A stretch of 56,754 nt of DNA, filler included, from Dirinaria sp. TL-2023a (lineage: Eukaryota), in NCBI GenBank assembly GCA_051941275.1. It is 6 parts of 6 records of this genome, joined end to end, with 100 filler letters (N's around TTAATTAATTAA, not from the genome) between each part and the next. Parts side by side here need not be neighbours in the genome. Positions count along the whole stretch, not along the records: positions 47,407 to 56,754 come from JAVEBF010001068.1; 5 more parts are not named here. One strand, given 5' to 3'. Below the pieces are notes generated by a model. It saw only the letters and a list, made by a program, of their open reading frames with translations, was not told the origin of the DNA and did not search any database. How positions within the stretch are numbered: the stretch's first letter is position 1; the number at the start of each line of letters is the position of its first letter. The translations under genes and the position numbers were made by a program. Below are positions 47,826-56,754 of the stretch, piece after piece.

Positions 47826-49558
47826 GTTCGAAGAACTGAACAGTGATTTTAAGTGAAACGGTTTAGGACTTTGCTGATGGAATCGAGTTGTGGATGGATG
47901 GATAGTGGATAAAGTGAATATCCTTTTTCTAGGAAGGAAGAGGCCTATTTAAGTATGGAGGAGCTGCTATGAGCTCCTCTCTTCACGAAACAAGGAAATT
48001 GTATGAAGAACAGGGAATTTACCGCGCTGGGCCCTTCTTACCAAAGAACAAAAGGTCGGGAAACGGAGAGACTTCTTACCTGAGTTTAGATACCAAAAAA
48101 AAATTTGTAGAGAGAGTAGGTACAAGTGGGGAACTTGGCGGCACGGGATGGGATGGATGAAGATAGCCTTCATCTCTCTGCGCACGGACACGTAAGATTG
48201 AAGCTTCCAGGTACAATTGTACTGTGAGACTGGTTCAATAATATGGCAGGACTGGCTCACGCGATTTATTATGAAAATAATTTATTCATTGTTGGGGGTA
48301 AATTACACACGCTTCATTCCTGGTGCTGAGGGAAGAAGCGAGGATGAATGCAGTTTGGGTACTCAATTCCCAGGCTCTAGAGAAAAAAAGGGTTTTTTTG
48401 TCTGCAAATCAATAGTATGTGATTATTATACCCTTCCTTCTATCTTGATAGAAATTTCTGTGTTGGGTTCGGGGGATTATGAACGCAATTTCAACCATTG
48501 CGATCTCATTTTCAGAGGGAGGGCTATTCTTGCTTAGGGAAAATTTTCAATTGAGATTTCTGTGTTTCATTTTACTCGTTTGTATTCAATTTTTTATCGA
48601 GTCAAATCAGAGTGTTGAATGGCGCTGAGGGTGGTGGGAGGGGGGGGGTTTGAGTAGAGCTCCACTCATTCAAAAAGAAAATATGAATAGGAACAAAGGA
48701 GAGCGAGAGAAGCGCAGCAAAGCGTATTCCAGAAACTAGAGAGCTTAGAGCAATTTTGTTGTGGGGTAGAAGGTTACGTGGCATATCCTGCTTTATGCTG
48801 AGCCTTGCATAAAGTCTGCTAGAATCAGAGTCTGGAAATCGGTGGAAGATGAACGGGTTTGGAATAGACTCCCCCCCTTTCCCAGTCGTGCATTGAGTGG
48901 AGCTTGCCGAATGCGAAGAAGAGTCCAGTGGGAGTTCTTGGGTTGCTTTTGTCCTTAGACGTTTCGGGGCCAGATTTTAGAGATCTCGTGCATTTGTTCA
49001 TGTTGCTAGCAGCATTATCTCTACCAATTATTTTCAACCATGTGGTTCTTCAGATATCCATATTGGAACTGTTTTCAAAAGAATTTGAAAAATTGTCTTC
49101 GTTCTCGCAGCGAGGAATAAGTAAAAATCTATAGTAAAACACACGCTGAGATTAGTAAAAAGAGTGGAATGTACGCTGTAAGGATCTGCTGCGACATTCT
49201 TGATTTGCAGACACTGATAGAATCGAGAGGAGTAGAAGTTTCTTAGATAGAACAGGACTTCATATAGAGATATAGGATCAGCAGAGTTCTCATGACTAAC
49301 GCACCCAGAATTAACGTCTCGGTTAGTCTCATAAACCTTCTCTGTGACCAATCGATCTAAAGAGTGCTTGCGGACCTTTTGAAAAGACTCTGTCTAGCTG
49401 TCAACATTATTCAGGTTAATATTAGAAATATCACCATCTTGTGCTGATCTGAGTCTCAAATGCAACGCGCGGTATATAAACAGGGGTGGATAGGATAAGC
49501 TCACACGACGCCTCGTCTCTGGGCGGCAATTCGTATAGAGGCGCATATTGAGATTTTT

Positions 49559-51112
49559 ATGGCTTCGTTAATGCTTGTTTCGGTGTCAGTGGCGCCACGC
49601 GACACGCGATACTTGTATATTGTCACTCACACGAAACCAGTTAAGCGATGTCAACTTTTTTTCTCCACACACCAAAGACTGCTCCTTCATACCTTACATA
49701 TGAGATTGCCGCCATCGCCGAATCGTGTGTGATCAGCGGCGCCGTGATGCCCGGAGCTGTTCTTCCAACCCTCCCTGCCGTACCTCCATTGACCTGGGCA
49801 GATTTCCAACAGTGCGATATCAGATATGGAACTGAAATCCTGGTTTCTGATTGCCGGATCGCCGGCAACTTTCTACCTCGAGGCCTCAACCCAACAAATT
49901 ACTGGACCTCACCCGGTCATGATGAAGCGTACACTTTGCCTTGGTCCAAGACATACGGTCAGAAGAGATTCCGGAAACGTTGCACGGAGGCGATGCCACT
50001 GCTAAAATATGGCAGGCACCTGTACTGTAACCGTAGAACTCGCAGGCCCCGCAGCATCCAATACCAATTCCATCAATCTTGTGCCCGACCAGATTCGAGG
50101 CATGGCAGGCTACGTGATCCAGCGATGCCCTGGTGGCGGTGACATGACGCATAATTATGCCAATTTCGCCGGCGGACTGGGAGGTTATGTGACCTCAGGC
50201 CTGGAAAACATTCTCGAATCGATAGAGCAATCGAACCTGTACTTGAACCCTAACAGCCGTCTGAGCAGTATGTGTTGTGTTATTTGCTCCGCAAAAGAAC
50301 GTGCAAAAGTTAAGCAGTTATTGTAGCACCGTGGGATGACAGTAGGGCAGAGTTTGTTACTGTAACGGTGCAGAAGCCTACCAGTTCTGCAAGAAAACCT
50401 GGGGACACCGATATCCATACGGCAAATAGAATCCTTGGATTTGCGCGTCAGCTCTGGGACGGTGAAAATGACCCACAGCACAAGAATTGGTACTGGGATC
50501 TGGCGGACACTTTGGAAGAAAAAATAGAGGAAATGACTCCGGACGGTAACGATGTTTCATGGTGGGAGCCTGTTGATCCCACAAGCACGAACAAGATGTT
50601 ATACACATGCAACAATGGGACTGACGGTCCGGCGGTTGTCGATTGCCTTAAATTGCAGTATCAAGGTCTGGGAGAAGGAACAGCTGATCTCAAGCAGGGC
50701 GAAACACGATATTTCAATCAGAGTAAATGCCTTGATGCTGGAAATGTCTCAAAAGCTAAAGAGAAATGCTGACTTGCACGGCACAGACACTTGTGCTCTC
50801 GCTGTGTCTGCAACTAAGGCTGTGACCCTGACCTGGGATCAGATCAGCGCCGCTTTCGATACGCTCTTCACTTTCTGCGTTGAACATCCGTTTATGCCTC
50901 CTAGAAGTGGGCGCGCATCCTACAGCACAAATCCTCAGTTGCAGCTTTTCGGACGGAAGGTAAAGAGGAACGGGGATGTGTCAGGATTGAATGCATTACC
51001 TAGAGGTTTAATTATAAGTTTGTGGAAACATGGCGGCAATGGAGAAAGCATGGCATGCGAGTTGGCCGCTTTATTGCGTGGACAGCCACTCAGCCAATGC
51101 GCGACATCATAA
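49559..51112 (+). CDS. Multi-exon, cysteine-patterned, probably secreted protein with two Ecp2/Hce2-like modules; start uncertain (49559 or 49648)
   Basis: TATATAAA at about 49474. Module 1: CDIRYG...SDC...LP...YG|TCTVTVEL...IRGMAGYVIQRC...GGYVT. Module 2: YTC...PAVVDC...TCALAV...WDQI...LFTFC...GRA. A KR site follows. The listed ORFs are joined by short introns. Confidence 0.65.
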
Positions 51113-52077
51113 CATAGTCTCTGCGTCTAGGAATAGGCAAAATGGTTCATTTTACACCACGAGCTGAAATGCTCGTCGAAGTCCATCGCCTAGCAGAGAT
51201 TGCTTTTCGCTTTCAAATGATAATGCCGTCGTTCTTTCCTTAGCGTCTATAACCTGCGATACATTAGTAGCATCCTGTGTTACCTTTGTCTGTGCAACGC
51301 ACATTTCTTAAGAACTCAATTGGAAGCCCCGGCGTATGTTTATTTAGCAGTGAGTGCCGGCGTAAAGTCGCTAGTCTCGTTGAACTGGTGTCCAGTTCAT
51401 CATTATGTCTCCGGATGGAGAGCTTCAGGCGCGGGTAAATTTTCAAATACTTGCAATCTTTACTTAAACCATGTTGGAGTTGTGATAGCGGGAAGTAAAG
51501 AGTGCTTTATTGAATTTAATGTCGACGCCAAGGTATTTGTCAGTCTACAAGAAGTCAATGGTCGCCTTCTGTCTTGTCCCACCCACAGCAACGTGTCTTT
51601 GTTGAAGCACTGAGCAATGCACTTGGTGGCATACATGAAGCATTGCATTGTCTTAAGTCTATGAAGTATGTGTGTGAGTTCTGATAAGGTAGAACTCACC
51701 GAGGCAACCACGCTAGTGCCGAGCAAACACTATAGGCACAACACTATGGGGCAACACATCTGCTTGAACAGTCTTGAACAGCTGTTTTGGCGCTCTAGCG
51801 AGGTCCATCATGACCATAAAAAACTTTTGTAGGCAGTAAATACCCGGGGTCTGCTGACTCATCTACACTCTAACCACTGTCGTCAAACTATCCTTGGCAT
51901 TTTGTTAGTGGTGGTGAGTTTTCTGCCTTACATCATCGATATATCGCGTTGCTTGCACCTCTCACTTTCGACCCTATGCGGGTACTGAATGACTCGAACC
52001 ATTACCACGACACATTATAGTATTTGTTAAATATTCTGAAGTCTGCGTACCATACGTTATGTTCCAGTAAATTTGAT

Positions 52078-53139
52078 TCAGCGCCAACCATTGTTGTAAT
52101 ACCTGGAACCCTGCAAGTCAACTTTTGACAGCGTACCTCCTAAGCCTGGCGCGGTGGCATTCGACGATATACCGCCTGTCGTCGTTATGTAAAGCGCCTT
52201 CTTGTCACTCCGCAGTCTCCCGAATTGACAACTGCTCGGCCCAGCAAGCACATGCTTATCTTGCAACGGCGCACCAGCCAAGACCGTGATGTTTTTTGCG
52301 CCCTCGGACCCCAGATACCCGAGGTTATTAGCCCCATTCTGGGCTAGAAATGCATCGCCCTTCCCATCGAGCGCAAAATCATCTCCTAGAGAATTGGTGG
52401 AGAGCGTTTCGATAGGCCCAGAAGCCGTTCCATCGGGGTTGATAGGGACTTTCACAAAGATTTTTTGCCCGGCATTGGTGAAGAAGAGACTGCCCTTCCG
52501 AATCTTGATGCCATTAATGCCAACGGGCGATGGTGGAACAGGGTTCATGGTCGGGTCTTTGATAACGATCTTGACCTCATTCGTTTTGACGTTATAGCGG
52601 TAGACGGCACCGGCGCCAGCATCACCGAGTAGGATAAGACCTTTGCTCGCATCCAGGGTCACAAGTCCATTAAGAAGGACAAAGTCCGGAAAATTGCTGA
52701 TTTGGGCGACTTTGGCCTTTCTCGGGCCTTTTGTAAGATCGACTTCGTAAATATTCCAAGCGCCTGGTACGTTTTTCTTGCTAAATACCGAATAATTGCC
52801 TGCGGCCAAGTAGAAGATGTCCCTGGTGGTTTCTGTGATACCAAGAAGGCCCAAGTGCTCGGGGAAAGAATGCACGAGTATAGGGGACGTTTCATTGCTT
52901 GGATCAATTTGATAGAGATCAGGTGTACTTAGCACAGACACAAGGACCTGACCACACGAGCGAACTGCGAGGTTCTCAAGCCAGGTGCCTTGCGGAAATT
53001 CATGAATGATCTCGACTGGTAGAGGGGCCTGCTTCCTGGCCCCGGATGGGCTAGGGGTGATTTGGGGCAGAGCAACAGTATGTGAAACGGTAGAAATGAA
53101 CGCCGAGAAGAATAGAGTGATGTAAGGAATGGACTGCAT
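52078..53139 (-). CDS. Secreted six-bladed beta-propeller (SMP-30/gluconolactonase/NHL-like), 353 aa
   Basis: Signal peptide; WLENLAVR, LNGL, GINGIKI, LFFTN, GDDFALD, GPSSCQFGR and LYITTTGG blade motifs. Confidence 0.88.
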   Translation of the reverse strand: MQSIPYITLFFSAFISTVSHTVALPQITPSPSGARKQAPLPVEIIHEFPQGTWLENLAVRSCGQVLVSVLSTPDLYQIDPSNETSPILVHSFPEHLGLLGITETTRDIFYLAAGNYSVFSKKNVPGAWNIYEVDLTKGPRKAKVAQISNFPDFVLLNGLVTLDASKGLILLGDAGAGAVYRYNVKTNEVKIVIKDPTMNPVPPSPVGINGIKIRKGSLFFTNAGQKIFVKVPINPDGTASGPIETLSTNSLGDDFALDGKGDAFLAQNGANNLGYLGSEGAKNITVLAGAPLQDKHVLAGPSSCQFGRLRSDKKALYITTTGGISSNATAPGLGGTLSKVDLQGSRYYNNGWR

Positions 53140-54191
53140 ACTGACACTATCCTATTCTGATGTTGCTCAAAATGCTCGAGAACTTTGAAGCTGCTGTATA
53201 GATATACTAGGAGAAAGCAAGAAGGCATGAATTATATAACCTTTTTTAATATCTTTCAAATAAACTTGCGTTAGCCGTGAGCCACTGACTCATTAGATCC
53301 TACAGTGCTTTTTCAAGAAAGTTAACGTAATTGACTTAATTTGCTTTTTGGAAGTACCCATAACTCCGAGGAAGCCACACGAGCTAGATCGAGTCGCAAA
53401 ATCCGATGAAAAAGGCTTTAGGACATAGGATGGGTTGATTGGTTTGGAAATTCGCAGGAACCTGAAATGCTCCATTGTGCAAGATTGGTGGCCTACAGCG
53501 ATAAGTTTTTGAGTGCTAATAGAGGTTTGCAACGCTGTCTTCACCTCTTTCCGTGGTCAGATTTGCCGATCTCATACCATTATTAGTGACGATGTCGTGA
53601 CGGCAGCACATAGCTTAAACGCTTCGCAAGCTAGTCGGAGCTAATAGCTTAGAGCTAGTACTCCAAGTACATTATCTCTAGCCATAAAGTTAAGTAATAC
53701 CTACTCTTTACAGCAATTCATATTGATATACTGATGAAACAAGCGACTAAACGGGCGCTTTCCTGTAGTAGTCATGGCCTTTACCGATACCTAGGGGGTG
53801 ATCTGCTGTAGGGAGCTACCTTTGGGTCTATGCGGCGTTTGTACTTCTAGTTGATTGCGAGGAGAGAGCGGCAGGTACGAAGAGTATCAAGGTAGACTTC
53901 GACCACTCGGCTGCTAATTCCTCCGCATTAGTACACCAACTACTGCAGGATTAATAGGATGCTGACAACGATCGCTCACTAAGATAAGAGGCCGCAGTAG
54001 CAACACTTCATCTTTTGATCGGTCTTACTAGAGATATTTTTTTATTTATTAAAGTGTGCGCCAGGAACGCGGAAGGAAGGGCAAGATGCAGGTGAATAGT
54101 TGGCAAGTCTAGGCTTGCTAAGCCCCGTCTAGTGAGAGCTGCGCTGTACATCTGGCCAGTGGCCCGTGAGTGACGTAGATAAGGACATGAG

Positions 54192-54225
<34 letters not shown>

Positions 54226-56754
54226 GTCTTTCTTTTTCTTCTTTCTTCTTTTAAGACTGAAATGGGCTCGCCATCAAATTACGAAGAAAGGGTGTGGGCT
54301 TCGCCTCCTGGCTCGGATGCGCAAGTAATCGCTCAAAGAGTAAAACCTCTCTACCCTAGTCCTCCAAATCGTCTACAATCGTAGGCCAAGTACGTCTGAT
54401 GGGGTATAAAATTTGCAAATCCTCCAATATTAAGGTAGTGAGCGAACGTAGTCACACGAATTTTCCTTGCTCCGGCCACACTACGCATTTCCGACATCAT
54501 TAGAGCCTTATGAAATGTAATGTGTCGCAGAGAACCGCAGAGACAGCCAGCCTACTTGCCCCAAGGAACGTAATCGTGACGAAAAGAGGTGCGAGTTTCG
54601 ATGTAATGTAGTGATCGGAAAGGCACTGGCCCCGTGTTGACACCTTATACAAAAGGTATCCTCCCAGCAATCTGTCATGACTTATGATGGCGCATTGCCG
54701 ACTTGAAGTCTGATTATGAAATGAAATATCTAGTAGCGTTATAGAATATCATCTGTTCGTGGCACTGCTCAGACGCGTTTCGTTCAGCCAGGAGTTGTCT
54801 TCCTCAACCTATTCAAACTTTGCCTGAAACCACACCTTTTCACGATCTCCAAGATACTTATCTACACTATCGTCAAAACAAAAATTTGACAACACCCTGA
54901 TACTGAATGCAGTAAAAAGAACCGTAGCCATCCACAGCTTTCTAAATGGCGACCAGAGGGACTGAGGACAGAATTGCCCATTTAGAAGAGCTTTTTTTTT
55001 TTCAGACGCTGCAAGGCTAGGGAACATAAGGCGGTATGTCCTCGCCTTGCGGGTACCCTTATCATCCTTTGAAAAGAATGCAAGACTCGTATCAGCTCAA
55101 GTCAAACCGGGCCGCGAAGAGACCCAATAGCTGCCTGTCGCGCACAAGGCTAGAATCAAAGGACCATGGCTAAGGATCGCTGACAATTCTCGATCAAGCC
55201 ACAGGCGATGGATTCGAGTACCAGGAGTATCACACATTAATTTGAGTCCATTGACCAGGTCTATAATAGGAAATGCGCTATATCGGGGAGCCACTCTTTT
55301 GGCAAATAATGCTATGCATTTCTGTGTCCTTCCATAGGGTATTGTCAGTGATCTGCACGTCAGAGAATATGCATGCTTCTCTTAGTAAACACTTCAGTCC
55401 GTCCAACTGTATACCATTCTGAAATACTGCGTTTCAAGTCTGACAAATCCTACCAACCGTGATAAGTCATGCGAGGCACCGGGCATGCGAGACACGTGCT
55501 ATCATCAGGCCGATCTCGCGAATTTGAGGAAGCTGAAACAGCAGAACCGCGTGGCAACTGGGTTTGCTTATGCAGCTGAGGGTGCCACAAGACGTTAAGC
55601 CGGCAGATCATGGATTTGGAAATTCGAAACTATCCCGGACGGAGTTCCGGGGGCGGACGAGGGAGATCGAAGGATGCCACGTTGCCAAGAGTTTGGGAAT
55701 CTATCCAGATGACGGTCCTCCAAGTAAGGGAGTAATGCTCCAGGCACCACTAGGGTAAGTAAGTAAGAAGCAAACGATTGCAATTGTCAGCAGCGGGGGG
55801 AAGAGTGGGACGGATTGACTCCCTGCGCTTAACTTCACACGGAGGATTCAGGACGCAAGCGCTTGGAGTTATTACTCATGGTATTTGACTTTTCTAAAAC
55901 TCGTTCATTGACGAATTGCATGGAGACTCTGGCAATCGTCTGCCCCACAGGACTCGCGTAAAGCTGGGTGGAGGGCAGCTCTCAACCTGATCCAGTTAGC
56001 CTGGAATACGAACATTGGCCGAGATACATTTGATGATAACAAAGGTGGAGTCATTCGTCCTTCGTCAGCTAATCTCTGATATAGAAGAGTACCTAACCTT
56101 AGGTTAGGTTGTTAGGTATCTTTAGATGTTACCTTATTATTATTGGGTTGTGACTCAATTATTATTGACCCGTAATCGAGGCAGGACTAGGCAGGAATAG
56201 TTCACCGGGGTCCCCACCTCACCCATCGTCATCCCCCTTTCTACCCGCATGTCACCTGTGTCAGCCGAGGGGCTTGGCGCCGAGAAGAGCCCGAGGGCCC
56301 CGGAGGCAGCTCAGCTGAGGGTGTTTGTTGCTTTATTATTATTATTCTCAGCTGGCAAACACTTCACTTCCACTAGGTACTACCCTACCCAAGTAATGTA
56401 GCCTTACCTTACCTCGCATGACTGCACGGCGTTTCTCTCGCAGTTCCAGATAATAACGCAGGGGCTTTACCCTCCATGTTCCAACTCAGTCAGCACTGCC
56501 CGATATAGCCTCATTGATGTCAATCCCTTTCAGCCAAGGCTGTGGCTCACCACTCACCACCCCCAAAACGCATTAGGCCACAGGGGGCGGCGCCCGTCCG
56601 CAGCACGCTCTGTGACTGGGCATTTCAAGCGCTGCCGCCCTCTCTCCCCCATTCGGCGCATTCGCACACTTATCGAACCCACCAGTCAACCTCGTTCACT
56701 GCGCCCTTGCACAGCATGTCTATTATGACTAGCAGAAACCTCCCTCCCTTCCCC

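Noticed and set aside
48780..48900. FHRFPD as the start of a 2EXR/F-box-like domain
   Set aside because: The following LPxE(I/L)R consensus is absent; the match is too short.
53140..56754. Short ORFs in the last 3.6 kb
   Set aside because: All under 85 aa with no motifs or convincing splice pattern; reads as intergenic or promoter DNA. No tRNA, rRNA or transposase was recognised here or elsewhere in the window.

Overview
Eukaryotic DNA from a filamentous ascomycete (Pezizomycotina; possibly lichen-forming, which is inference). Short GT-AG introns with CTRAC branch points are visible throughout. The window is not one locus. It is six unrelated contigs of about 9.4 kb, sorted by decreasing length and joined by artificial 100-nt N44-TTAATTAATTAA-N44 spacers: 1-9390, 9491-18878, 18979-28362, 28463-37842, 37943-47306 and 47407-56754. 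Housekeeping genes: AVT3/4-type amino-acid transporter, CAAX-tailed UBL3/MUB-like ubiquitin-fold protein, ERG8, a 1315-aa PPR protein and a partial folylpolyglutamate synthase. Accessory or immunity-flavoured genes: a patatin phospholipase with a C-terminal C2H2-like finger, a partial NADAR, a pseudogenised hydrolase/NB-ARC/TPR NLR, a cysteine-patterned effector-like protein and a secreted beta-propeller. The most interesting items are (1) a head-to-head pair of a sensor-less, Walker-A-dead NACHT-like protein and an intact fungal AAA+ ATPase, (2) two spliced paralogues of an unrecognised small-protein family, one head-to-head with the patatin, (3) two tandem paralogues sharing an unrecognised ~60-aa domain plus low-complexity tails, and (4) in-frame TAG stops inside otherwise continuing reading frames.
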